A stretch of DNA of 64,000 bases from Myxococcota bacterium (GTDB lineage Bacteria; Myxococcota_A; UBA9160; UBA4427), in contig OZ252299.1 in the NCBI GenBank assembly GCA_965250285.1, positions 128,001 to 192,000 of the forward strand, in the 5' to 3' direction. The notes beneath the pieces are model-generated. The model saw only the letters and a program-made list of their open reading frames with translations. It did no database searches and was not told where the DNA came from. Positions 54,129 through 64,000 of the stretch are shown here, piece by piece. Numbering within the stretch: position 1 is the first letter of the stretch; each line of letters starts with the position of its first letter. A program made the position numbers and the translations under genes.

Positions 54129-55085
54129 ATGCCGGATTTCCTGAAGCGCCTATCCGCCCCGATCGCGTTCGGTGCGCTCGTACTGCTCGCGGCCGTCACC
54201 ATGGTCGGCGACCGGCGCGATCTGTCCGAAGGCGGCGGCGATCTGCCGTGGTGGCAGGGCCTGCTGCTCGACGTCGCGATCCCCATTCAGAAGGTGTTGG
54301 CTGCCCCCGTCGAGACGCTCGGCGACGCGTGGTCGAACTACGTCGACCTCGTCGGTGTCGAGCACGACAACGCGCGCCTTCGCGATGAGATCGCGCGCCT
54401 CGAAGAAGAGAACCTGCAGTACCGCGAGGCGCTGGTCGCGAGCGGTCACCTCGATCGAATCGCCGACATGCGCGACGAATTCGAGATGCATTTGTTGCCG
54501 AGTGAAGTTGTCGGGCTCGACGTCTCGCCGTCGTTCGAATCGGTTCTGCTCGATCGCGGTCGAAGCCACGGCGTTCGTTCGGGCTTTCCCGTCGTGACCG
54601 AGGCGGGTGTCGTTGGTCTCGTCACACACACGGCAGGACACGCTGCGAAGACCATGCTCGTCCTCGATCGACAGAGCGCCGTCGAAGGCGTCGTACAGCG
54701 CAGCCGGGTACGCGGCATCGTGCGTGGTCATGGCTCGGACGACCTGCGCTTCGAGTTCCTGGTCCGCGGCGGCGATGTCGAGGTCGGCGATACGGTGCTG
54801 ACCTCCGGTCTGGGCGGCGTTTATCCCAAGGGCTTGCGCATCGGTGAAGTGGTCGACGTCGAAGAGGCAGGCGGACGCCTGCTGCAGATCGCGAAGGTCG
54901 AGCCGAGCGTCGACTTCGGTCGCCTCGAGCAGGTCTTCGTCATGCTTCGACACGGTCCGACCTTCGACATGTTGAACGCGCAGCGCGGCGCCGAGCCGCC
55001 CGACCTCTTCGAGCCCGAGCAAGAAGAGGGCGACGCCGAGCTGGCGACCGAGGCGGGTACAGCCGCGGAGGCCCCCGCCTCGTGA
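54129..55085 (+). CDS. mreC: Rod shape-determining protein MreC
   Basis: TM, coiled-coil, DRG..GV, TSGLGGVYPKGLRIG. Confidence 0.95.
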   Translation: MPDFLKRLSAPIAFGALVLLAAVTMVGDRRDLSEGGGDLPWWQGLLLDVAIPIQKVLAAPVETLGDAWSNYVDLVGVEHDNARLRDEIARLEEENLQYREALVASGHLDRIADMRDEFEMHLLPSEVVGLDVSPSFESVLLDRGRSHGVRSGFPVVTEAGVVGLVTHTAGHAAKTMLVLDRQSAVEGVVQRSRVRGIVRGHGSDDLRFEFLVRGGDVEVGDTVLTSGLGGVYPKGLRIGEVVDVEEAGGRLLQIAKVEPSVDFGRLEQVFVMLRHGPTFDMLNAQRGAEPPDLFEPEQEEGDAELATEAGTAAEAPAS

Positions 55086-55618
55086 AGCGCGCCGCCCTGC
55101 TCGGGGCGATCGGTGTGCTCGCGTTGATCGCGCAGGGCGCGCTCGCCCGGGCCATCGCGCCCCCCTTCTGTCCCGACCTCGGCTTCCTCGTCGTCGTCGG
55201 CATCGGTTCGTGCTGGCGCGGTCGCACCTCGGGGCTGGTGCTGAGCGCAGCGCTCGGCTGGACCGCCGATCTCTACTCGGGCTCGCTCTTCGGGCAAACG
55301 GCGCTGCTGCGCATCGTCGCCTTCTCGAGCGCGCTGCTGGCGAGCCGCCAGCTCAACCTGCGCGGCGGCTTGCCGCTCATGCTCTTCACGGCGGCTCTCA
55401 CCATCGCATGTGGCCTCATTTCCCAGGGGCTGTCTGCGGCCTATGTCGGCGCCGCGCCCCTCGGCCTCGGTGGCCTCGGCGCGCTGGTCGTACACGCCTG
55501 CGTGAACGCCGTGGTCGCGCCCCCGGTGCTGGCGCTCGTGCGCCGCGCGGCCCAGTGGGCCGGTGACGAGGCAGGTGGACGCCCGCTGCACGTCGACCCG
55601 CTCGGCGGGCCGGCCTGA
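55082..55618 (+). CDS. mreD: Rod shape-determining protein MreD
   Basis: Hydrophobic protein with PDL and G..DLYSG motifs; between mreC and mrdA. Confidence 0.85.
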   Translation: MKRAALLGAIGVLALIAQGALARAIAPPFCPDLGFLVVVGIGSCWRGRTSGLVLSAALGWTADLYSGSLFGQTALLRIVAFSSALLASRQLNLRGGLPLMLFTAALTIACGLISQGLSAAYVGAAPLGLGGLGALVVHACVNAVVAPPVLALVRRAAQWAGDEAGGRPLHVDPLGGPA

Positions 55619-57618
55619 TGGGCGGGCGCATCCCCGACAGCCGGCTCAGTGGTGGCAACGAGCCGCCCAGCGAACTGCGCATCGGTCTGGTCGCCGTCGG
55701 CATGACGCTCGTTTTCATGATCTTCGTGGCGCGGCTCTTCTTCCTGCAGATCCTCGAAGGCGCCGATCTCGCCGATCGATCGCTTCGCAACTCGGTGCGT
55801 CAGGTGCGGGTCGAAGCGCCGCGAGGCGAGATCGTCGACCGCGAGGGGCGTGTGCTGGCGACGTCGCGGCCCGCGTTTCGCGTTCAGGTGATCCCCAGCG
55901 AGCTGCAGGCGCCCGATGACACCTACGCGGCGCTCGGCGCCATGCTGGCCCGCAACGACGTCGAGCTGGCCGCCGAGGTCGGGCGGCCCAGCGGTCGGCG
56001 GCGCTTTCAGCCCGTGACGATCGACGGCGACCTGTCCGGCGACGAGCGCGCCCGCATCGAGACGCTTCGCTACGCCCTGCCCGGTGTGATGACCGACATG
56101 TTGCCGCGCCGGCTCTATGTCGAAGAAGACCTTGCCGCGCACCTGATGGGCTCGATCGGCGAGGTCACGGCGAAGCAGCTGACGACCAAGGCCTTCTCCG
56201 AATACCGGCAGGGCGAGATCGTCGGCCAGTCGGGGATCGAAGCCGGGATGGAGGCGGCGCTGCGCGGGCGGGCGGGCGGGCGCAACCTGATCGTCGACGT
56301 CGCAGGCCGCGAGATGGACGTCATCGAGGAGGTCGAGCCGGTGCCCGGTGGGCGCGTCGTCCTCACCATCGATCGCGATCTGCAGGCGGCGGCCGAGGAC
56401 GCGTTCGATGCGACCTACGGCCTGGCACCCGAAGGCGAGGAGCCGCCGGCCGCCATGGGCGCCGTCGTCGCGATCGACGTGCGCAACGGCGACGTGCTGG
56501 CGCTCGTGTCGCGCCCCGCCTACGACCCGAATCTGTTCGCGGGCGGCATCGCTCCGGCCGATTGGGGCATGCTGACGACAGACGAGTGGAAGCCGCTGCG
56601 CAACCGCGCGATCTCTGGCCAGTACTCGCCAGGCTCGACGTACAAGCCCTTCGTCGCACTGGCCGGCCTGATCGAAGGCAAGATCACGCCCGAGACCGAG
56701 GTGTTCTGCCCGGGGTACTACCGGCTCGGCCGCCGCGTGTACCGCTGCTGGAAGCGAGGCGGTCACGGCGACGTCGACTTGAACGCGGCGCTCGCCGGCA
56801 GCTGCGACGTCTACTTCTATCAGCTCGGGGTCGAGCTCGGCATCGACACCATCGCGCGCTACGCGAAGGCCTTCGGTCTGGGCCGCCGTACAGGCATCGC
56901 CCTGCCGAGCGAGACGAGGGGTCTCATCCCGACGCGCGCGTGGAAGAAGGAGGCCCGCGGCGAAGACTGGATCAAGGGCGAGACCGTTTCGGCGTCGATC
57001 GGGCAGGGCTTCAATCTCGCGACTCTGGTTCAGCTCGCCGTCTCGTATGCCGCGCTCGCGAACGGCGAGACGGTGCACCAGCCCCGGCTCGTCTCGCGCG
57101 TCGAGACGTGGGACGGTGAGGTCCTCGAAGAGGTGCCCCCGGCCGAAGGCGAACCGATCGGACTCGATCCCGAGGCGATCGCCCGCGTGCGCGAGGCCCT
57201 GGCCGAGGTGGTCAACGCCGACGGCGGGACCGGCGCCCGGGCGCGGCTGCCCGACGTGATCGTGGCGGGCAAGACCGGCACGACCCAGGTCGTCAGCCTC
57301 GACCTGGTGAAGGATCTCGAGCCCGAAGAGGTGCCGATCCGGTACCGAGACCATGCGCTCTTCGGCGCGTTCGCGCCGGCCGACGCACCCGAGATCGCGG
57401 TCGCCGTGCTCGTCGAGCACGCGGGCTCGGGCGGCGGCACCGTGGCCGCTCCGATCGCGCGCGCCGTGCTCGAGCGCTACTTCGAGAAGCAGCGCGCGGC
57501 CCTCGAGCCCGGCCCCGACGAGAGCGACATCGAGGCAGACGAGGAAGAACAGCCCGAAGAGGTCGATCCCGATGCGCCTTCGGTGATGGCGGCGCTCGAG
57601 CTGCCGGAGCGAACCTGA
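55618..57618 (+). CDS. mrdA: Penicillin-binding protein 2
   Basis: APRGEIVDR, STYK (SxxK), SCD, KTGT. Confidence 0.96.
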   Translation: MGGRIPDSRLSGGNEPPSELRIGLVAVGMTLVFMIFVARLFFLQILEGADLADRSLRNSVRQVRVEAPRGEIVDREGRVLATSRPAFRVQVIPSELQAPDDTYAALGAMLARNDVELAAEVGRPSGRRRFQPVTIDGDLSGDERARIETLRYALPGVMTDMLPRRLYVEEDLAAHLMGSIGEVTAKQLTTKAFSEYRQGEIVGQSGIEAGMEAALRGRAGGRNLIVDVAGREMDVIEEVEPVPGGRVVLTIDRDLQAAAEDAFDATYGLAPEGEEPPAAMGAVVAIDVRNGDVLALVSRPAYDPNLFAGGIAPADWGMLTTDEWKPLRNRAISGQYSPGSTYKPFVALAGLIEGKITPETEVFCPGYYRLGRRVYRCWKRGGHGDVDLNAALAGSCDVYFYQLGVELGIDTIARYAKAFGLGRRTGIALPSETRGLIPTRAWKKEARGEDWIKGETVSASIGQGFNLATLVQLAVSYAALANGETVHQPRLVSRVETWDGEVLEEVPPAEGEPIGLDPEAIARVREALAEVVNADGGTGARARLPDVIVAGKTGTTQVVSLDLVKDLEPEEVPIRYRDHALFGAFAPADAPEIAVAVLVEHAGSGGGTVAAPIARAVLERYFEKQRAALEPGPDESDIEADEEEQPEEVDPDAPSVMAALELPERT

Positions 57619-57620
57619 CG

Positions 57621-58724
57621 ATGTTGCGTGTCGATCGGCGCAGCGTGCAGAACTTCGACTGGGTCCTGATGGGGCTGCTCGGTCTGCTGATCACGATGAG
57701 CATCGTGAATCTGCTCTCGGCGACTGCGGCCGGTGTCGAGGGTGGCTCGAGCAACATCGTCGATCGTCAGTTGATGGCGATGGGCGGCGGCTTCGTCGTC
57801 ATGCTCGTCGTCGCGTTCATCGACTACCGCCACTACGAACGCCTGGCGCCGCTCGCCTTCATCGGCGTGCTCGGCCTGCTGGGGCTCACGCTGGTGGTCG
57901 GCACCGAGACGCGCGGCGCCCAGGCTTGGCTCTGGGGCGGCCGCTTCCAGCCCTCCGAGCTCGCGAAGATCGCGCTGGTCCTGGCGCTCGCGCGCTTCTT
58001 CTCGCGCACGCCGCCATCGACGCTGACCGAGCTTCGGCAACTGGCCGTGCCGGGCCTGATCATCGCGGCGCCGGTCGGCATGATCCTGCTGCAGCGCGAC
58101 ATGGGCGTGGCGCTGCTGACGCTGCTCGTCGGCCTCACGTATCTGCCGATGGTCCACATCCCGCTGCGGGCCTGGGGCGGGATCGGTCTGCTCTCGCTGA
58201 TGGGGCTCGCCGGGCTGTGGGAGTTCGGTCTCAAGGAGTACCAGCAGCAGCGCATTCTCGACTTCCTCGACCCGTCTCGTGACCCGCTCTCGTCGGGCTA
58301 CCAGGCGATGCAGTCGCGGATCGCGGTGGGCAGCGGCGGTCTCGCCGGCACGGGCTGGATGGAAGGCACGCAGACGCAGCTGCGCTTCTTGCCGACCCAG
58401 CACACCGACTTCGTGTTCTCGGTGCTCGCCGAGGAGTGGGGCTTCATCGGCTCGAGCTTCGCGCTGCTCGCGTTCCTCTCGATGCTGCTGTGGGGCCTGT
58501 GGATCGCGCGCAACTCGAAGGACACCTTCGGCGCCATGGTCGCCGTGGGGGTCGTCGGCTGCCTCTTCTGGCCGGCCGCGATCAATGTCGCCATGGTGCT
58601 CGGGTTGGCCCCGGTGATCGGCGTGCCCCTGCCGCTCTTCTCCTACGGCGGCTCGGCGATCCTGTCGGCTTCGATCTGCATGGGGCTGCTGCTGAACGTC
58701 TCGATGCGGCGGTACGTCTTCTAG
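57621..58724 (+). CDS. rodA: SEDS glycosyltransferase RodA
   Basis: FQPSELAK, HTDFVF, GVPLPLFSYGGS. Confidence 0.96.
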   Translation: MLRVDRRSVQNFDWVLMGLLGLLITMSIVNLLSATAAGVEGGSSNIVDRQLMAMGGGFVVMLVVAFIDYRHYERLAPLAFIGVLGLLGLTLVVGTETRGAQAWLWGGRFQPSELAKIALVLALARFFSRTPPSTLTELRQLAVPGLIIAAPVGMILLQRDMGVALLTLLVGLTYLPMVHIPLRAWGGIGLLSLMGLAGLWEFGLKEYQQQRILDFLDPSRDPLSSGYQAMQSRIAVGSGGLAGTGWMEGTQTQLRFLPTQHTDFVFSVLAEEWGFIGSSFALLAFLSMLLWGLWIARNSKDTFGAMVAVGVVGCLFWPAAINVAMVLGLAPVIGVPLPLFSYGGSAILSASICMGLLLNVSMRRYVF

Positions 58725-58791
58725 CCCCCGATCCTGTGCGCTTCGCTGCACGCGCCGGCGCTGACCGGCCGAGAGCTGATACACTGCAGGC

Positions 58792-59553
58792 ATGAGCGAG
58801 CACGCCGTCTCGAAGCCGCGCCACGCCCACCGTGTCGGCGCCTTCTTCGACATGGACAAGACGTTGATCTCCGAGAACTCGGGATCGGTCTACTTCAAGT
58901 ATCGCTATGAGCAGGGCGAGATCAGCGGCACCGAACTCGCCAAGGGCCTCTTCGCGTACCTGCAGTACAAGGCGGGCATCCTCGACATCGCCGCGTGGAC
59001 GCGGCAGATGATGAGAAACTTCGCCGGCCAGCGGGAGAGCGACCTCGCCGAGCAGGCACGGGTGCTCTTCGAGCAGGAGATCCTGCCGACGGTCTACCCC
59101 GAGGCCGAGCGGATCGTCCGCGAGCACCAGGCGAAGGGCCACGTCGTCGCCATCGTGTCGGGCGCCACGCGGTTCGTCGTCGAGCCGCTCGCCGAACATC
59201 TCGGGGTCGAGCACATGCTCTACACGGGGATGGAGGTGGAGGGCGGGCTCTTCACCGGTCGAGCCATCGAGCCGGTGTGCTTCGAAGAGGGCAAGATCTT
59301 CTGGCTGCAGCAGTTCATCGAGCGGGAGCGCATCGATCTCGCGCGCAGCTGGTTCTACACCGACTCGGTGACCGACCTGCCGCTCCTCGAGCTGGTCGGA
59401 CATCCGATGGCGGTGAACCCCGATCCCTTCCTGTATCGGACGGCCATGCGCAGGCGCTGGCCGGTGCGGCTCTTCGAGCCGCCGTCTCCCGGTGGAACGC
59501 CGGACGGAGCGCCCAACGGCGCTCCGCCCGGGAGGCTTACAGCAGCTTCTTGA
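58792..59553 (+). CDS. HAD-IB family hydrolase (SerB1-like)
   Basis: FFDMDKTL, IVSGA, YTDSVTDLPLL, VNPD. Confidence 0.88.
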   Translation: MSEHAVSKPRHAHRVGAFFDMDKTLISENSGSVYFKYRYEQGEISGTELAKGLFAYLQYKAGILDIAAWTRQMMRNFAGQRESDLAEQARVLFEQEILPTVYPEAERIVREHQAKGHVVAIVSGATRFVVEPLAEHLGVEHMLYTGMEVEGGLFTGRAIEPVCFEEGKIFWLQQFIERERIDLARSWFYTDSVTDLPLLELVGHPMAVNPDPFLYRTAMRRRWPVRLFEPPSPGGTPDGAPNGAPPGRLTAAS

Positions 59554-59860
59554 TCATCTCTTCGAACTGCGGCTTCGGGCGAGCCCCCATGAGCTGCTCG
59601 ACGACCTGACCGTTCTGGAAGGCCAGCACCGTCGGGATCGAGCGGATCTGGTACTGCCCGGGCGTCTGCGGCGACTCGTCGATGTTCATCTTGACCACCT
59701 TCACGCGATCACCGTACTCGTCCGCGAGGCCCTTGATGATCGGCGCGATCTGGCGGCACGGTGCGCACCACTCTGCCCAGAAGTCCACGATCACGGGGAC
59801 GTCCGAGTCGAGCACATCGGCTTGGAAGGTGGCATCGGTGACGTCTGCGAGTTCGGCCAT
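59537..59860 (-). CDS. trxA: Thioredoxin
   Basis: DFWAEWCAPC, IRSIPT. Confidence 0.96.
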   Translation of the reverse strand: MAELADVTDATFQADVLDSDVPVIVDFWAEWCAPCRQIAPIIKGLADEYGDRVKVVKMNIDESPQTPGQYQIRSIPTVLAFQNGQVVEQLMGARPKPQFEEMIKKLL

Positions 59861-60265
59861 CGGATCTCTCCTCGGTGCGGCGCCGCGAACCTGCGACGCG
59901 CGTCGTTGCGGGCGATGCGCGCGAGCCGCCGATCCCATCGATCGGTGGTGCGCCCCCCGCCTCGGGTCGGCTCGTTCGGGCCGGGTTGCACGGTATCTGC
60001 GGTGCTTCGTTTCGCGCAGGAGCCTTCGATGCCGGTTGATCCGCCGCGTTTCCGCGCGGTCGGCCGCTCCCGACGAGGCGTCGCTCCGTCCCCCCGGTGC
60101 GCGACACGGCGCCGCCGTGTGCACGCGCGCGCAGCATAGCAGCGTCGCCTTCGCATCTCGTCGGAATCGCGTCCTGCGCGCAGTCGCGCGTGCGGCGCGA
60201 TGCAACGGGGTGGGCGATCCTCCCTTGGGGACAGCGCGTTCGACTCGAAGCGCGGCGGAGCAGCG

Positions 60266-61297
60266 ATGAAGAAGAAGGGCAGGCGCGGGGCGCGAAGCAA
60301 GGCGGGCCCGCGCGCGTCGGGGGCTCGCGCGGCACGTCCGGCCCGCATGCGCGCCATCGACCGCGCCAAGGTGCGCACGGTGCGCGCGAGCAGGCGCCCC
60401 AGCCGCGTGAAGGTGCGCGACGAAGCGACGCCGCTGCCGACCGGCGCCAGCGTCGTCGATCTCGTCGAGTCGTTGCCCGACCAGCTCGCCGGAGCCGAGC
60501 TGCGCGCGGTGGTGCGTGCATGGGCGCGGGCTTGGCAGAGTGAGCGCACGGTGCTGTTCGGCTTCGGCGCGCATCTCGTCAAGGTGGGGCTCGCACCGAT
60601 CGTCATCGATCTGATGGAGCGGGGCGCAATCAACGCGCTGATGATGAACGGCGCCGGCTGCGTCCACGATCTCGAGCTGTCGATGCTCGGGCAGACCAGC
60701 GAGGACGTCGCCGCCGGCCTCGAGGACGGCTCGTTCGGCATGGCCGGTGAGACGGCCGCCCGGCTGAACGACGCCATCGCTCGAGGCCATCGAGACGGGC
60801 TCGGGATGGGCGAGGCGATCGGCGCCGACATTCTCGCGAGCCAGGATCGTCACCGCGATCGCTCGGTGCTCGCCGCGGCGGCGAGGCTCGGCATCCCCCT
60901 GACCGTGCACGTCGCCGTCGGCACCGACATTCACCACATGCATGAGGGCGCCGACGGCGCGGCCCTCGGTGCGACGAGCTACCGCGACTTCGAGCGCCTG
61001 ACGCGCGTCGTCGCCGGGCTCTCCCGGGGCGTCTTCTTCAATGTCGGCTCGGCGGTGATCCTCCCCGAGGTCTTCCTCAAGGCGCTCGCGCTCGCGCGCA
61101 ACCTGGGGCACGCCGTCCGTGACGTGACCACCGTCAATCTCGACTTCATCCGTCACTATCGGCCCGAGACCAACGTCGTCGACCGACCGACACGGGGCTC
61201 GGGGCGCGGTCACTCACTGGTCGGTCACCACGAGCTCATGCTGCCGCTGCTGGCTGCGGCGGTGGGCGAGGCTCACGCGGGCCGCCTGCACCTCTGA
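60266..61297 (+). CDS. Uncharacterised deoxyhypusine-synthase-like protein with basic N-terminus
   Basis: GAHLVKVGL, NGAGCVHD, GTDIHH, NVGSAVILPEVFLKA, GHHE; fold assignment is inference. Confidence 0.6.
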   Translation: MKKKGRRGARSKAGPRASGARAARPARMRAIDRAKVRTVRASRRPSRVKVRDEATPLPTGASVVDLVESLPDQLAGAELRAVVRAWARAWQSERTVLFGFGAHLVKVGLAPIVIDLMERGAINALMMNGAGCVHDLELSMLGQTSEDVAAGLEDGSFGMAGETAARLNDAIARGHRDGLGMGEAIGADILASQDRHRDRSVLAAAARLGIPLTVHVAVGTDIHHMHEGADGAALGATSYRDFERLTRVVAGLSRGVFFNVGSAVILPEVFLKALALARNLGHAVRDVTTVNLDFIRHYRPETNVVDRPTRGSGRGHSLVGHHELMLPLLAAAVGEAHAGRLHL

Positions 61298-61369
61298 ACC
61301 CGGTCGCCTCGCTGCGCGGACGAGAGCCCGCCCCGCGGCGGCCGGTCACCAAGGAGCCGACGAACCGGC

Positions 61370-61909
61370 ATGGGACGCATCACGCTGCTCGAGGGCGACG
61401 TCACCGAACAGGCGGTGGACGTGATCGTGAACGCGGCCAACGAGCGGCTCGTGCTCGGCAGCGGCGTCGCCGGCGCGATCCGCGAGAAGGGCGGCCCCGA
61501 GATCCAGTCCGAGTGCGATGCCCATGGCCCCATCGAGGTGGGTGAGGCGGCCCTGACGAGCGCCGGCCGGCTGCCTGCGCGCTGGATCGCGCATGCCGCG
61601 GGCATGCCGCTCGGCGGCGAAGCCACCGAGGCGAGCGTGCGCGCGAGCCTGCGCGCGAGCTTCGAACGGGCCGCCGAAGCCGGGGGGCGTTCGATCGCCG
61701 TGCCCGCGATCGGCACCGGGGTCGGCGGCTTCTCGCTGCAGCGCTGCGCCGAGGTCAGCCTCGAGGAGGCCCGGCGAGCCCTCGAGGCCCATCCCGAGCT
61801 CGAAGAGATTCGCTTCGTGCTCTTCGGTGAGCCCGCCTATCGCGTCTTCGAGATGGTGAACGATGCCGCGAAAGTGGCGGCCCAGATGGAGCGCCTGAAG
61901 CGGCGCTGA
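61370..61909 (+). CDS. Macro domain protein (YmdB-like ADP-ribose hydrolase)
   Basis: EGDVT..VDVIVNAAN..GSGVAGAI, PAIGTGVGGF. Confidence 0.9.
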   Translation: MGRITLLEGDVTEQAVDVIVNAANERLVLGSGVAGAIREKGGPEIQSECDAHGPIEVGEAALTSAGRLPARWIAHAAGMPLGGEATEASVRASLRASFERAAEAGGRSIAVPAIGTGVGGFSLQRCAEVSLEEARRALEAHPELEEIRFVLFGEPAYRVFEMVNDAAKVAAQMERLKRR

Positions 61910-61982
61910 GACGGGCGCCCGGTCGGGATCGCCGCGGCCTCGAAACGCGCTGCGACCTCGGGGCACCCGAGGTGTGGGTTCG

Positions 61983-62118
61983 CGCGCCCGCGAGCCGACG
62001 AAACGCGCGCGCAAGCCGACCGAACGCGCCCGCAAGCCGACGGAACGCCCGCGCGATCCGACGAAACGCGCGCGCAACCCGACGGAACGCGCCCGCAAGC
62101 CGACGAAACGCGCCCGCA
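61983..62118. repeat. Degenerate 21-bp tandem repeat, about 6 copies, intergenic
   Basis: Consensus CGCGCCCGCAAGCCGACGAAA; reads (RARKPTE/K)n in one frame. Confidence 0.85.
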
Positions 62119-62367
62119 CCGACGCCGAAGTCGGGCCGGGCTATACTCGCGACACCGCGTCGCCCGGCTGGGAGCCGGCGGCTCTCCCCCCAACGCGCTC
62201 ATCTGGCACCCGGCCGAACCGCCGGATCGGATCCGTCGTATGCATGTGCATCAGCCCAGCGCCGCCGCACCGCATCGGCGATCGTGCTCGCAGCGCGGCG
62301 GCCTCGCGCCGGTCGCGCAGGGTGCGTCGAGTGCCGGCCGCTGGGGCTGCGACGGGGGGGTGGGCTC

Positions 62368-63159
62368 GTGAACGTGCTCCAGCAGATCGCCGCGGCGCTC
62401 TATCTCGCTGCCGGTGTCGGAGCGTTGCTGGCCGTGACGCTGCCCAGCCGGCGCATGGAGCGGGGGGCCGTGATCGGCCTCGCCCTCGGTGCGTGCGCGC
62501 AGACCGTGTACTACGCGACGCTGCACCGCGCTGAGTCGGCCCCCGAGCTCGCTTCGTTGCCCGCCGCGTTCGGCCTCACGGCGTGGATGGCCGTCCTCTT
62601 CTTCCTCGCGTTCATGGGTCGGCTTCGACTGCCGGGCCTGGCCTCGATCGTCGGCTTCACCGCCTTTCTGAGTGTCTTCGTCAGCTCGCTCGGTCGAAGC
62701 TTCGGCGCGCCGGGCGAGATGGCGACCGAGGGGGGGCTGCCCCACGCGCACGTTCTGCTCTCGAGCGCTGGGCTCGCGCTGATGGGCATCGCGGGGCTCT
62801 CGGGGCTCTTCTTTCTGCTCGAGCACCGCCGCTTGAAGCAGAAGCGCAAGGTGGCCGCGGCCTATCCGATGCCGTCGCTCGAGGCCCTCGACCGGGTCAA
62901 CCTGATCTCGCTCGGCATCGGCTTCCCGCTGCTGACGCTCGGGGTCGTGACCGGGTCGCTCTGGCTCAATAACGAACGCGGCGTGCTGTGGGTCGGCACG
63001 AGTCACGAGACCTGGACCGTGATCGCCTGGGCGATCTACTTCGGTCTGGCCGTGGCGCGCTTCGCCGGCCACCAGGCGGGGCGCCAGGCGGCGGCGAGTG
63101 CGCTCGCCGGCTTCGCGTTCCTGCTCTTTGCCGTCGTGGGTGTGGAGCTGCTGCGGTGA
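62368..63159 (+). CDS. Cytochrome c assembly protein CcsA/HemX-like
   Basis: Multiple TMs, HAH, PSLEALDR, GFPLLTLGVVTG, Trp-rich motif; directly upstream of hemA. Confidence 0.85.
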   Translation: MNVLQQIAAALYLAAGVGALLAVTLPSRRMERGAVIGLALGACAQTVYYATLHRAESAPELASLPAAFGLTAWMAVLFFLAFMGRLRLPGLASIVGFTAFLSVFVSSLGRSFGAPGEMATEGGLPHAHVLLSSAGLALMGIAGLSGLFFLLEHRRLKQKRKVAAAYPMPSLEALDRVNLISLGIGFPLLTLGVVTGSLWLNNERGVLWVGTSHETWTVIAWAIYFGLAVARFAGHQAGRQAAASALAGFAFLLFAVVGVELLR

Positions 63160-64000
63160 AGATCCTCCTCGTCGGCATGAATCACCGCACGGCCCCGGTC
63201 GAGGTGCGCGAGCAGTTCTCGGTGGCCGACCCCGGGGCGACGGCGGCGAAGCTCGTCGACGACGAGGCGATCGAAGAGGCCGTCGTGCTGTCGACGTGCA
63301 ACCGCGTCGAGGTCGTCGTCACGACGGACCAGCCCGAGGCAGCGCGCATGCGGCTGCGGCGCTTCTTCGCCTCGAACGTCGATGGGGCCGGCGCCGCCGC
63401 GGCGGCCGATCTCGACGAACACCTCTACTGGCTCGACGACCGATCGGCGGTTTCGCACGTGTTCCGCGTTTCGTCGGCCATCGACTCGATGGTCGTCGGC
63501 GAAGCGCAGATCCTCGGGCAGGTGAAGGATGCGTACCGTGCCGCCCTCGAGGCGAGCAGCTGCGGCCCGATCCTCTCGCGACTCTTCCAGCGCGCCTTCG
63601 CCACGGCCAAGCGCGTCAAGTCGGAGACGCGCATCTCCGAGCGCCCGGTCTCGGTCGCGCGGGTGGCCGTCGACCTCGCCGGGCAGATCTTCGAGCGCCT
63701 CGACGACAAGGCCGCCGTGCTCGTGGGCGCCGGCGACATGATCGAGACGGCGCTCTTCGCGCTGCAGCGCGAGGGCCTCGCGTCGCACCGGATCGTGAAC
63801 CGCACTGAAGCGCGCGCCGAGGGGCTCGCTCGGCGCTTCGGCGGCACCGCCCATGCGCTCGATGCGCTCGACGCCCAGCTCGCCGAGGCCGACGTCGTGC
63901 TCACGTGCATCGGGGGCGACGAGCCGATCATCGAGCCGACCCAGCTGAAAGCGATCATGCGACGGCGTCGATGGCGACCCATGTTCGTGATCGACATGGG
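63156..64000 (+). CDS. hemA: Glutamyl-tRNA reductase, runs off the window edge
   Basis: Manual translation from GTG 63156: KILLVGMNHRTAPVEVRE, LSTCNRVE, DSMVVGEAQILGQVK, VGAGDM. Confidence 0.96.
   Translation, partial: MKILLVGMNHRTAPVEVREQFSVADPGATAAKLVDDEAIEEAVVLSTCNRVEVVVTTDQPEAARMRLRRFFASNVDGAGAAAAADLDEHLYWLDDRSAVSHVFRVSSAIDSMVVGEAQILGQVKDAYRAALEASSCGPILSRLFQRAFATAKRVKSETRISERPVSVARVAVDLAGQIFERLDDKAAVLVGAGDMIETALFALQREGLASHRIVNRTEARAEGLARRFGGTAHALDALDAQLAEADVVLTCIGGDEPIIEPTQLKAIMRRRRWRPMFVIDM

Noticed and set aside
59537..61213. 558-aa ORF ending in a thioredoxin domain
   Set aside because: Only the last 107 aa are thioredoxin (ATG 59860 with GAGGAG RBS); the extension is antisense shadow of the gene at 60266

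Overview
A GC-rich (roughly 70% by eye) bacterial chromosomal segment. Gene content (Dif-like chemosensory operon, PilZ/receiver protein, ccsA-hemA, DUF3604, sulfotransferase/DUF1214) suggests a Myxococcota-like deltaproteobacterium; this is inference. Most of the window is housekeeping: hemW-hrcA-grpE-dnaK...dnaJ, LpoA-like lipoprotein, lon, thiL, larB/larC, groES/groEL with a CIRCE element, lexA, folE, ppiD, mreBCD-mrdA-rodA, trxA, ccsA and hemA. I saw no tRNA, rRNA, CRISPR array, transposase or integrase. Four observations stand out. (1) cheA is split at a C7A7 run (24109-24122) that is flanked by an SD-like AGGAG 10 nt upstream and a hairpin downstream, the typical layout of a programmed -1 ribosomal frameshift; it could give both a free Hpt protein and full-length CheA, but a homopolymer sequencing error is not excluded. 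(2) A tightly coupled uncharacterised four-gene operon (membrane protein, helical lipoprotein, helical protein, SH3-like/M15 peptidoglycan peptidase) lies between dnaK and dnaJ. (3) A paired TTTC-N7-TTTC motif upstream of lexA is a candidate SOS box. (4) Sigma28-like promoters precede the chemosensory operon and the PilZ gene. All family calls come from motif recognition only; no database search was run.
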